Shown piece after piece: positions 19,636-28,491 of a DNA stretch of 64,000 bases; position 1 is the stretch's first letter, and the number at the start of each line of letters is the position of its first letter. A program made the translations under genes and the position numbers. The notes under the pieces were generated by a model, which was not told the origin of the DNA, ran no database searches, and worked only from the letters and a program-made list of their open reading frames with translations. Source of the DNA: Thermoanaerobaculia bacterium (lineage in GTDB: Bacteria; Acidobacteriota; Thermoanaerobaculia; Multivoradales; Multivoraceae); NCBI GenBank assembly GCA_963664405.1, contig OY761158.1, positions 5,312,001-5,376,000 of the forward strand, given 5' to 3'.

Positions 19636-19859
19636 TCTCGCCCCTTCGCACCTTCTTCCAGCTCGCTTTCGAGCGCCCCTCTGTCGTCGGTGGCCTCAAG
19701 GTGTCCGCGGTCGTCGGTACGATTCTCAACGTCATCAATCAAGGCGACCTTCTTCTCGCTCTTCGCTTCGAAGAGGTGGTTTGGTGGAGGGTGGGATTGA
19801 CCTTCGTGGTGCCTTTCTGCGTTTCGATCTACGCGGCGGCTCGAATCCGCATGATCTGA
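19632..19859 (+). CDS. Small membrane protein, NrtS-like (75 aa, CTG start; absent from the ORF track)
   Basis: (M)ISPLRTFFQLAFERPSVVGGLKVSAVVGTILNVINQGDLLLALRFEEVVWWRVGLTFVVPFCVSIYAAARIRMI*. GGAG lies 5 nt upstream; CTGA overlap with the SDR stop. Confidence 0.75.
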   Translation: MISPLRTFFQLAFERPSVVGGLKVSAVVGTILNVINQGDLLLALRFEEVVWWRVGLTFVVPFCVSIYAAARIRMI

Positions 19860-19884
19860 GAGCTGGAGAAACGATCTCCGACGA

Positions 19885-20364
19885 TCATGTCGCTTGTGTC
19901 GCCCCGCGGAGTCGGAGCCAGAGCCAAGCACTCACGCCGCCGATGAAGGGCGAGCTCGCCAAACCGGGGAAGTACCCACCCGCGGCGACGGCGAGGAGCG
20001 GATGCGCGATGCCGTTGAGCATACCGGCGATGGCGAGGAACCAGGCCGCGAAGAAAGCAGCCGGCCGCGCCGAGCGCAGCCCCGGAACCGAGGCGGCCCA
20101 GATCCCGATCCAAGTCAGGTTGAAGAGGACGAAGAAGGAGAACGGCATACTTGGCAGGCCGAACAGTGCAGGGAAGCGCTCGTGGAATCCGGTCGCGGTC
20201 TCTTCGGCGAAGTGAATACCTTGGACGCTGATCGCCAGAGCGAGCGCACGGGCGGCGTCGCGTCGCTCCGCTTCCTTCTTGGGAGGCGACTCCCGGCTCA
20301 TCGCAAGGAACAGGGCGGCGAGCGCTGCCAGACCCAGCACCAACGCGCTGACGAGCATGCTCAA
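19885..20364 (-). CDS. HXXEE-motif membrane protein
   Basis: IHFAEE, N..AH and YFPGL motifs within hydrophobic helices. Confidence 0.75.
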   Translation of the reverse strand: MSMLVSALVLGLAALAALFLAMSRESPPKKEAERRDAARALALAISVQGIHFAEETATGFHERFPALFGLPSMPFSFFVLFNLTWIGIWAASVPGLRSARPAAFFAAWFLAIAGMLNGIAHPLLAVAAGGYFPGLASSPFIGGVSAWLWLRLRGATQAT

Positions 20365-20405
20365 CGGAGCTTGACGATCTGGTTAGGGCGCAAGCCAGTG
20401 GCCTC

Positions 20406-23090
20406 CTACGAGCCGGCTTGCCGGGGAACCATCTCCATCACCTTGGCCCTCCAATTCTGGATATAGACCACGCGCTGACTTTCGGCCCTGGGTGCGCGGA
20501 GCATCAAGAATCGGCCGTCCGGGTGGGTGGGGTTGTAATTCGGAAACCCGGTGAAGGGATGGCGCATGTAGACGTCTTCGAACAGAGCCTCGGCCCGGCC
20601 GGGGAAGATGCTCCCGTCGACAAGCTCGATTGGAATGGCCATCACGTGAGTCGGGCCGCGATAGAAGAGCTCGCTCCCATCGTAAGAGAAGAACGGCTCC
20701 TGGCCGCCGTCGGGGGTGAGCTGCCGAGGCTCACCGGGGCCTGGGAAGGGTCGAATCCAGACGTTCGACTGCCCCAAGGACGATCGCGTGGCGTAGGTGA
20801 TCCAACTCCCGCGGGGATGGAAGCGGGCACAGTGGACGATCTCAGCTTCCACGAGCGTCTTCGACTCTCCTCGCTCTCGGTCGTAGACCCAGAGACCTGG
20901 TTGAAGGAGGTTCGTGCCAAGAACGTGTCGGCCGTCCGGAGAGAAACCGAGCCAAACCTGGGCGTGCTCTGAGGGCACCAGTCGTACTGCCGGCGCGGTG
21001 CGATCCGCGGGTTGGATGTAGATCTGGTTGAGACCCTCGAGGCGGTTCGATTGGAAGACAATCTCTCTGCCATCGGGCGGCACCCACTCGATCACAGAGT
21101 TGTTCGCCCCCTCCTGTTGCGGCAGGCTCCAAGAGCCGGTTTCGAGATCGAGGATCCACTGCTCCTGGTTGTTCGGCGGCGGCCCGACCGATACCGCAAG
21201 CTGTCGCTGGTCGAGAGAGAGGGAGGGTACAGTGAAAGCTCTCAGATCCGGGCTGACCGCTTCGACATCCCGTCCGTCCCGGCTCACCCAGACCAGCTGC
21301 GCGTCGTTGCTCTCGTGGCCGAAAACGTAAATCAGGTCGCCCGAGAGGGAGAGCGCGAAGTTGCCGACGTCGGCTCCGGATGCGGGGAGCCTTGCCACTC
21401 CGGTCTCGATTTGAACAACCGGCCCGCGAAGCTCTCCGGCCGTCGGCTCAAAGGCCGCCGCCCACAGGCTCCTATCCCGGTAGAAGACCAGATAGCCTGG
21501 ATCGAGGTAGCGCGGCCCCTGTCCGGCGACGACAACCCGCTCCTCCCCAGTCTCGACGTTGACCGCGAGCACGTCCATCCAGAAGCCGTCTCGCTGCTCT
21601 TTGGGCGCCTGGGTCAGTACGATGATCTCACCCGGCAACATAGCCCAGGCCGAGCCATGACCGAGCCGTTCCGGCTCTCCTCCTTCTGCTGGAACACGCC
21701 AGAGCTGGGCCGCTTCCTTGCTCTGGTGCATGCCCGGAAGGGGTGGAGAGTAGTAGAGAAAGCCGTCACGGCCCCAGAGTGACCCTTCTCCAATGGCCTC
21801 TATCCGTGTGACCGGGCTGCCTCCGGTTAGGGGAAGGAAGCGCAGGGTAGATTCTTCGTCGACGAAGGCAAGCTGCTGACCATCGGGAGAGAAGTTGGCC
21901 CACAGGGCTCCTTCGCTGCCAGGGATGGGGGTCGTCTCGAGGGAGTCGAGAGTTCGACGATTGAGGCCGGTGGACGTACCCTCGCCAGGTCCGAAGACGA
22001 GGGTCTTTCCGTTTGGAGAGAGCGAGAATCCGTGATTGGGTATCGGCACGTTGAGCTCGGTAACGGTCCAGGATTCTTTTGTGGCGACAGGGGTAACAGC
22101 CGCGTCTCTCCGGCCGCCGATGACCAGACCCGTCCCGAGAGCAATCAGTATCGCCAGCCCAGCCGCACCGAGAACGACGGCGGACGGCGCCTTCCTTACT
22201 GTGGTCCGCGGACGATCCGTCTCCTGGCCTCCAGGCTCCCCCGCGAGTGACTCGAGCTCGATGGCGACATCCCTGGCAGACTGCCAGCGCCGATCCGGGT
22301 CCTTGGCAAGACAACGGCTCACGACCCAGTCGAGGCGGGGCTGTGCGACCGGCAGAGCTTCGTTCAGTGGGCGAGGCTCCGAAGCCATGATGGCGGTGAT
22401 CAGACTCGCCTGGCTCTCTCCCCGAAACGGCCGCTCGCCGGTGACCATCTCGTAGATCACACAGCCTAGGGCCCAGATGTCGGTGCGACCGTCGGCTTCT
22501 TTGCCCTCCAGCTGCTCGGGGGCCATATAGAGAGGAGTGCCTATGATCGAGTCTTGGCCGGTGATCGGCTTGAGCAGGGTGGGGGAACGGGTGTCGGCGG
22601 GCAGCGGCTGCGCATCGATGCTCTTCGCCAGCCCGAAGTCGAGCACCTTCACTCCGGTCTTGGTGAGCATCACATTGCCGGGCTTCAGGTCTCGATGCAC
22701 CACGCCAGCCCGATGAGCAGTATCGATGGCCTCGCCGATCTGAGCGCCGATCGCCAGCACCTGGTCTATGGGTAGAGCTCCCCGCTCGATGCGCTTCTCC
22801 AGGGTCTCGCCTTCGAGGAGCTCCATGACCAGAAAGTCGACCTCCAGCTCGGAGCCGACGTCGAAGAGAGTGCAGATGTTGGGGTGCTGGAGCTGGGAGA
22901 TGGTCTTGGCTTCGCGCTCCAGACGCTGACGGAGCTCGCTGTCTTGACTGAGGCGTTCGGGAAGGACCTTGATGGCGACTTCTCGACCTAGTCGCGTATC
23001 CTTGGCGCGATAGACCTCGCCCATCCCCCCGGCGCCGAGGCTCGAGAGCACCTCGTAGTTGCCGAGACGTGTGCCTGTGTCCAGCGCCAT
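20406..23090 (-). CDS. Ser/Thr protein kinase with TM helix and TolB-like beta-propeller
   Basis: GAGGMGEV, VAIK, HRDLKPGN, DFG and APE motifs; SPDG repeats. Confidence 0.95.
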   Translation of the reverse strand: MALDTGTRLGNYEVLSSLGAGGMGEVYRAKDTRLGREVAIKVLPERLSQDSELRQRLEREAKTISQLQHPNICTLFDVGSELEVDFLVMELLEGETLEKRIERGALPIDQVLAIGAQIGEAIDTAHRAGVVHRDLKPGNVMLTKTGVKVLDFGLAKSIDAQPLPADTRSPTLLKPITGQDSIIGTPLYMAPEQLEGKEADGRTDIWALGCVIYEMVTGERPFRGESQASLITAIMASEPRPLNEALPVAQPRLDWVVSRCLAKDPDRRWQSARDVAIELESLAGEPGGQETDRPRTTVRKAPSAVVLGAAGLAILIALGTGLVIGGRRDAAVTPVATKESWTVTELNVPIPNHGFSLSPNGKTLVFGPGEGTSTGLNRRTLDSLETTPIPGSEGALWANFSPDGQQLAFVDEESTLRFLPLTGGSPVTRIEAIGEGSLWGRDGFLYYSPPLPGMHQSKEAAQLWRVPAEGGEPERLGHGSAWAMLPGEIIVLTQAPKEQRDGFWMDVLAVNVETGEERVVVAGQGPRYLDPGYLVFYRDRSLWAAAFEPTAGELRGPVVQIETGVARLPASGADVGNFALSLSGDLIYVFGHESNDAQLVWVSRDGRDVEAVSPDLRAFTVPSLSLDQRQLAVSVGPPPNNQEQWILDLETGSWSLPQQEGANNSVIEWVPPDGREIVFQSNRLEGLNQIYIQPADRTAPAVRLVPSEHAQVWLGFSPDGRHVLGTNLLQPGLWVYDRERGESKTLVEAEIVHCARFHPRGSWITYATRSSLGQSNVWIRPFPGPGEPRQLTPDGGQEPFFSYDGSELFYRGPTHVMAIPIELVDGSIFPGRAEALFEDVYMRHPFTGFPNYNPTHPDGRFLMLRAPRAESQRVVYIQNWRAKVMEMVPRQAGS

Positions 23091-23104
23091 TGAAGCGTCT
23101 GCTC

Positions 23105-24511
23105 CTAAGTAACTTCCTCTGTCTGTAGCGAGCCGCGATCGAGCGGCAGAAGGGAGAAGCCGAGACGTTTAGCGTTGCGTTTGAGGTTCTTGAGGACACG
23201 TTTTCGATACTCGGTCTCGTAGTAGTCCTGTGACTTCGCAGCGTACTCGGTTCCGTATCGGAGCATCGAGTAGATGATGCGTGCGAGCTTGTGAGCGGTT
23301 GCGGTGATGGCCTCCGGTCTTCCGATCTGACCCTTCTTGCGACGGAGAAAGGCGCCGAGAGAGCTGTGCGAGTTATGCAGGCCATTCGCGGCGAATCGCA
23401 GGGCGGAGGCAGCCCGATTCGCCGAGGCTTTCGAGCGACTACTCAGCTGCTTGCCGCCGGTGATCTTGCTCCCGGGACAGAGCCCGAGCCACGACGCGAA
23501 ATGCTTCGAGTTGGGCCATCGAGTCATGTCGAGTCCGATCTCACCGATGACTTTCAGTGCCGTGTGCGCCTGAATTCCCTCGATCGCTGTGAGGTCGACC
23601 CCTGTCATGCGGAACAGATGAGAGCGCGCATCGAAGCCCAACCCGGTCCGGGTCTGCTTCTCCTTGGCCTTCTTCGGTGGGGTTTGTCCGCCCGATTGGT
23701 CTTCGAAACCTTCGAGGTAGGTCTCGATCTTCTGGTCGCACTCGCCGACTTTCTGGTGGTAGATATCGAAAAGCTCCACCGCCTGCCGGAGCTCGAAGAG
23801 ATGTTCTTCACGCCAATGACCTTCCAGCGCCTTGGCGATCGTCGCCTCGCTGTTCTTGCATCGACCATCTCGCATCTGGGCCAATCGTTTTGGATCCTGC
23901 TCACCCTCGAGAATCGCTCGGATGATCCGCATCCCGGTCGCCCCCGTGATGTCGCTGACCACATGCTGGAGTTTGATGTTCATCTGGGTCATCGCCTTTT
24001 GCATGTGTTGAATATGCTGGCCTGCGTACGAGACCAGCATCGCGCGCTGTCGCAGGTAGCTGCGCAGAACACAGATTTGATCGTCCGGCCGAAACGCTCC
24101 CCCCAACAGCCCAAAGGTGTGCAGCTGCTGAAGCCATTGGCAATCCAGCACGTCGCTCTTGCGACCAGGAACCTGGCGAAGACGATGAGGGTCGACCAAC
24201 TTCACCTCGAAACCCCGCTCCTCGAGCACCTCCATCAATGGAATCCAGTACACACCCGTCGACTCCATCACCACCGTGTCGATCCCACACGCCAGAAGAT
24301 GCTCGGCCAGCGAGTACAGATCCGCCGTGAACGCTCCGAACTTCCGAACCGGCTGCGAATCCCGGTCTTCGGGCACCGCCACCCAATGCTCCGTCGCTCC
24401 GATATCGATCCCGGCAGCATTCAGGTTGACCTGCTCAAGGCTTGCCGGCAGCTGGGATCGACGGCGCTTCGAATCACCCGCCGACCGACGACGCTCTTTC
24501 TTCCGAGACAT
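23105..24511 (-). CDS. IS110 family transposase/recombinase (DEDD)
   Basis: GIDIG, MESTGVYW, KSDVLD, FASWLGLCP and AITATAHKLA motifs; GGAGGA RBS before ATG 24511. Confidence 0.96.
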   Translation of the reverse strand: MSRKKERRRSAGDSKRRRSQLPASLEQVNLNAAGIDIGATEHWVAVPEDRDSQPVRKFGAFTADLYSLAEHLLACGIDTVVMESTGVYWIPLMEVLEERGFEVKLVDPHRLRQVPGRKSDVLDCQWLQQLHTFGLLGGAFRPDDQICVLRSYLRQRAMLVSYAGQHIQHMQKAMTQMNIKLQHVVSDITGATGMRIIRAILEGEQDPKRLAQMRDGRCKNSEATIAKALEGHWREEHLFELRQAVELFDIYHQKVGECDQKIETYLEGFEDQSGGQTPPKKAKEKQTRTGLGFDARSHLFRMTGVDLTAIEGIQAHTALKVIGEIGLDMTRWPNSKHFASWLGLCPGSKITGGKQLSSRSKASANRAASALRFAANGLHNSHSSLGAFLRRKKGQIGRPEAITATAHKLARIIYSMLRYGTEYAAKSQDYYETEYRKRVLKNLKRNAKRLGFSLLPLDRGSLQTEEVT

Positions 24512-24559
24512 ACATCCTCCTCTTGTGCGCAAACCGCACAGGAGTGGGAGCCGCACACT

Positions 24560-24720
24560 CTGGCACTCTCCTAAACGGGATCACGATCTCTCGTGTCGCC
24601 ACTGTCTTCTACGCAACGCTCCCAGGACCACGCTAGCTAACGGGCACGAAGCACCAATGCTCTTCCGGCCTTCTTCTCCCCGTGCGGTGCCAACAGAGTA
24701 TCCTGACTGCGCACCGTTAC
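24560..24720 (-). ncRNA. Putative IS110 bridge-type RNA (5' stem-loop plus two internal loops)
   Basis: Minus strand: CGGTGC..GCACCG stem; loop 1 TGG-TGCTTCGTG-CCCG-TTAGCTAGCGT; loop 2 TGG-..CACGA-GAGA-TCGTG..-CCCG-TTTAGGAG. Ends are approximate. Confidence 0.6.
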
Positions 24721-25223
24721 TTCCCGTCTCCAAGTCGTCCCGACGTACCTACGCTAGCTACTGAACATCCGAGGTTTTTTGAACAGGCGGGGCAGGGGCG
24801 CCCGCCGCCGAGGAGCACGATTGCGAGGAAGATGAGCAGGTAGAGGAAAGCCATTTCGGGGCTGCCGATCTTGTCCAGCGCCTCACTGGGTGTGCTCGAC
24901 AGACCGATGAAGGAGAGTACGTGATCGATCAAGTGCTTCTTGACAAAGGCGGCGACAAACATGGTGACGGCGCAGAGGGCGGCGACGATCCGCGGCCAGA
25001 CGCCCAGGGCGAGGAGGATGCCGCCGACAAACTCGGACAAGGCGGCGGCCCAGCTGAACAAGCCTGGCATCGGAAACCCCAGGTCTCCAATGCCATCGAC
25101 AAAGCGCTGTCCTTCACCGCTGGTCAGCATCACGATCTTGTCGAGGCCATGACCGAAGGCGATGCCGAAGCCCGAGAGTCGGAGAATAAGGAGGGCGATA
25201 TTTCGTGTCAGCTCGCCGTTCAT
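24717..25223 (-). CDS. DoxX family membrane protein; atypical C-terminus running into the IS
   Basis: RL..G..HG..K, EFVGG..LG motifs. The usual G.G.(Y)SLD tail is missing and the stop lies inside the IS left end. Confidence 0.85.
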   Translation of the reverse strand: MNGELTRNIALLILRLSGFGIAFGHGLDKIVMLTSGEGQRFVDGIGDLGFPMPGLFSWAAALSEFVGGILLALGVWPRIVAALCAVTMFVAAFVKKHLIDHVLSFIGLSSTPSEALDKIGSPEMAFLYLLIFLAIVLLGGGRPCPACSKNLGCSVASVGTSGRLGDGK

Positions 25224-26779
25224 GCTTCGATCCTCCGCTTACTGGCTTCTATCTCTACTAGAGGTTGCGCCAAATCCAGCCACTGACTGAGGGCAGGTCG
25301 AGTCGCGCGGGGGTCGAGGAGATCGTGAACTGAAAACGACTCCGCCCGCGGGAAGGGGCTTCGCCCTTTGGCCATGTTCTCTTCGAGCTCGCGGCGCTTC
25401 GCCTCCGGGTCTGGAGCCGCGGCGATCTCCCGACGGAAAGCGACTGCGACGCCTCCTTCGATCGGCAACGCTCCGCTCTCGGCAGAGGGCCATGCGAAGA
25501 CGTGCCCCTGGTTCCCGAAGTGCGCGGCGGCGGCCACTCCGTAGGCTTTGCGGATGTGCACACTCGCCCATGGCACGGTGGACTCGACGGTCGCAACGAT
25601 GGCTTCAACGCCGTAGCGAATGGTGCCGGCCGCTTCCGACGCCGAACCGATCATGAAGCCGGGCTCGTCGACGAAGCTCAGGATCGGCAGGTGAAAAGTC
25701 TGGCAGAGGTTGATGAAGCGGCGCACCTTCTGGCAGCCTTCCGCGCCCATCGCTCCGCCCAGAAACTTTGGGTCGTTGGCGAATATGCCGACTGTGTAGC
25801 CGTTGAGGCGCGCGAGACCGGTGATCTGCGAGCGTCCATACATCGGACTGATCTCGAAGAAGGAGTCGAGGTCGACAACCAAGGAGAGCAGTCGTCGCAT
25901 GTCGTAGAGACGCCGCCGGTCGCGAGGAACGATGCCGAGGAGCTCCTCCTCGCGGCGATCCGCTCCGTCGCCGCTCTTGGGCGTGGATCTCGGGGGTAGC
26001 TCTCCGGCTCGAGTGGGGAGGTAGGAGAGAAAACGACGTGTGACTTCGAAGACGTCGTCTTCATCTTCGGCGAGGTAGTCGACGACTCCGCTGCGGGTGT
26101 GGACCTCCGGACCGCCGAGCTCTTCTTTGGTTTTCTTCTCTCCGAGGGCGCGCTCGACCAGAGCCGGCCCGCCAATGAGCACCTGGGAGGTCTTGCGAGT
26201 CATGATCGCTAAATGAGAGGCGGCCAGTCGTGCCGCCGGTAGGCCGGCGACCGCCCCCATCGCCGCGGACACAACCGGTGCCGTGCGCAGGGTCCGAGCC
26301 ATCGAGGAAAATCGTGATGTCGTAAACACGGGCGAGCCGCTCATCTGCTGCCCGGAGCCTTTCGCGGCCCCGCGAACGCTTCCCCCGCCTCCTTCGAGAA
26401 ATCGAACCAGTGGGAGTCGGAAGCGCAGAGCGATGTCCTCGGCGTACACGCTCTTGCGCAGCCCTGCAGGATTCGGCGATCCACCACGTTGCGTGTAGTC
26501 CTCGCCTCCCATGACGCAGGGGCGGCCTTCGACTTTGCCGACGCCGATGATGTAGTTCGCCGGGCTGAACGAGGTCAACTTGCCGTTCTCGTCAAGCTCT
26601 CCGAAGCCGGCTTGCGGCCCTTCTTCCTGAAAAGTACCGGGATCCGCCAGACGCTCGACCCGCTCCCGGACGGTAAGCCGGCCGAGCGAATGTTGCCGCT
26701 CGACCGCCTCGGCGCCGCCAAGCTCTTGTGCCAGCTCCTTGCGCCGAGCGATCTCATCAACCTCAGGCTGCCATGTCAT
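25220..26779 (-). CDS. Acyl-CoA carboxylase carboxyltransferase subunit
   Basis: GRLTVRER, EELGG, ITGLARLNG, DEPGF and RKAYG motifs. Confidence 0.92.
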   Translation of the reverse strand: MTWQPEVDEIARRKELAQELGGAEAVERQHSLGRLTVRERVERLADPGTFQEEGPQAGFGELDENGKLTSFSPANYIIGVGKVEGRPCVMGGEDYTQRGGSPNPAGLRKSVYAEDIALRFRLPLVRFLEGGGGSVRGAAKGSGQQMSGSPVFTTSRFSSMARTLRTAPVVSAAMGAVAGLPAARLAASHLAIMTRKTSQVLIGGPALVERALGEKKTKEELGGPEVHTRSGVVDYLAEDEDDVFEVTRRFLSYLPTRAGELPPRSTPKSGDGADRREEELLGIVPRDRRRLYDMRRLLSLVVDLDSFFEISPMYGRSQITGLARLNGYTVGIFANDPKFLGGAMGAEGCQKVRRFINLCQTFHLPILSFVDEPGFMIGSASEAAGTIRYGVEAIVATVESTVPWASVHIRKAYGVAAAAHFGNQGHVFAWPSAESGALPIEGGVAVAFRREIAAAPDPEAKRRELEENMAKGRSPFPRAESFSVHDLLDPRATRPALSQWLDLAQPLVEIEASKRRIEA

Positions 26780-26883
26780 CGAAGTGGAATGATAACCGCC
26801 CGCCGCCCGCCGGGAAAGGTATATCCCCACTTGCGCCGGTTCACTTCGCCGGCCCCTGCGGAGCGATGTATCATGCCACTTCC

Positions 26884-28122
26884 ATGCAGATCTTTGCTTT
26901 CCAGGGTTTCCGATTCAGTCGCAAGGCGGGCAACGCTGGTCGGCTCGCGGCTCCTCCATTCGACCAGATCGACGATGGCCTGCGAGACGAGCTGCACGCG
27001 ATCTCCCCCAATCAGTTCTCTTGGTTCACGCGCTCACTTGCCAAGGGCGGGGAAGATCCCTATCAGACGGCTGCCTTCACTCATGCGAAGTGGATCGAGG
27101 ATGGGGTCGTGGCTCGCGATCGTGAGCCGGCCCTCTACCCTTATGTCATCGAAAGTGAGAGCGAGGGCCGGCAGTTGGCCTTGTGCTGCTGCATCGACGT
27201 CGGAAGCCCCGAGCGAAGTGTACTTCGACCCCACGAACAAACGGTCGAAAAACCTCTAGCTGACCGTCTTGCACTATTGCGTTGCACTCATATCGACCCC
27301 GAGCCGGTGATGCTCCTCGCCGATGACGATGGCGCTCTCGACGCCATCCTCGAAGAGGATCTGGCGGGTCTGGAGCCACTTGTCAGCCATCTAGACAAAG
27401 ATGGTTATCGGCATAGCGTCTTCCGGATTAGCTCTCCCGAAAAAATCGAGCATTACAAGGTGGCGCTGGCGGGGCGGAGTGCGACGATCGCGGACGGCCA
27501 CCATCGTTGTAAGACGGCACAGCTCTTCGCTCGTGAGGTCGGGGCGCGAGAGGGCACGGCCGCTGCAACCAAGATGGCGGTGCTCTTCAGTCTGCGGTCG
27601 AGATCACTGCTCATCAATCCGGTACATCGGGGAGTTCGGGTAGCTGTCTCATCCATGGCTTTGGCGGGCAATGCAGTGAAGCGCCGCCCCTTCTCTCACG
27701 GGGGTGGGGAGTATCTTGCCGCAGAGGTCGCCGCAGGCTTGCAGCCGAGCCTCGGTGTTTGGTGTCGAGGCTCGGCTCCGGAGATCTGGGAGCTCGACGC
27801 GGCAGCGGCCCCCGCCGGCGCGCCTCAGCTCGCCGCCGACCTCTCGGTCGTTCTACTGCACTATCTCCTTCTCCCTTCGGCGGGTGTCGATCTTGATGCG
27901 GCGATCGACGGGAGCATCCTCTACCGAGCCGATCCGGAGGATCTGTTCGCCATGGTGGACCGGGGAGACGTCGAGGCGGGCTTCTGGTTGCCCCCCATGG
28001 ATGCCGAGGCCTTCGCTCGCGCGGTCAGCGCCGGCGACCTTCTGCCGCCCAAGTCCACGCGCTTCCTCCCCAAACTCATCTCCGGCCTGGTCTGGTCTGG
28101 GCATGACGGCGAGCTACTATGA
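26884..28122 (+). CDS. DUF1015 family protein
   Basis: APPFD, PHEQT, IADGHHR and PPKSTRFLPK motifs. Confidence 0.85.
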   Translation: MQIFAFQGFRFSRKAGNAGRLAAPPFDQIDDGLRDELHAISPNQFSWFTRSLAKGGEDPYQTAAFTHAKWIEDGVVARDREPALYPYVIESESEGRQLALCCCIDVGSPERSVLRPHEQTVEKPLADRLALLRCTHIDPEPVMLLADDDGALDAILEEDLAGLEPLVSHLDKDGYRHSVFRISSPEKIEHYKVALAGRSATIADGHHRCKTAQLFAREVGAREGTAAATKMAVLFSLRSRSLLINPVHRGVRVAVSSMALAGNAVKRRPFSHGGGEYLAAEVAAGLQPSLGVWCRGSAPEIWELDAAAAPAGAPQLAADLSVVLLHYLLLPSAGVDLDAAIDGSILYRADPEDLFAMVDRGDVEAGFWLPPMDAEAFARAVSAGDLLPPKSTRFLPKLISGLVWSGHDGELL

Positions 28123-28125
28123 GCT

Positions 28126-28491
28126 ATGCCTACGACCTCCGATGAGGACGGCACGCCGGTAGTCCATTTCGACGTCAGACTCGAGATCTCTCCTTTTCTC
28201 GTCTTTCGCCGCTTGCGCGATGGAAAGCCGTTGGCTTTGGTCGATGTCCGAGCCGACCCGCAGGGTCATACCCTCGCAGGCGCCGAGCGATGGAGCTCCG
28301 ATTGGCAACCGCCGGCCGACCGACAGGTCGTCCTCTTCGACGAGGACGGCTCGCTAGCCATCCCCCTTGCAGAGCGCTTCCAAGAGCAAGGTCACGCCCA
28401 CGTCAAGGCCCTCTTCGGCGGTCTCGAGCTATGGAAGTTCTCTCTCGATCCCAAAGTCGTCGGCGCGGAGACCTTCTTGGTAGAGATCTAG
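28126..28491 (+). CDS. Rhodanese-like domain protein
   Basis: LVDVR and LFGGLELW motifs; no active-site Cys. Confidence 0.75.
   Translation: MPTTSDEDGTPVVHFDVRLEISPFLVFRRLRDGKPLALVDVRADPQGHTLAGAERWSSDWQPPADRQVVLFDEDGSLAIPLAERFQEQGHAHVKALFGGLELWKFSLDPKVVGAETFLVEI

Larger units (their letters stand above)
23105..24760 (-). mobile_element. IS110-family insertion sequence with long non-coding left end
   Basis: No TIRs. Shared core CTA(+)/TAG(-) at 23105-23107 and 24758-24760. Boundaries inferred from internal guide-like matches. Confidence 0.75.

Noticed and set aside
19617-19931. 104-aa minus-strand ORF
   Set aside because: The opposite strand encodes a recognisable NrtS-like membrane protein.
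23291-24574. 427-aa antisense ORF in the IS110 element
   Set aside because: Shadow frame of a GC-rich gene with no recognisable motifs. The same applies to other long antisense ORFs such as 14849-15952 and 62033-62998.
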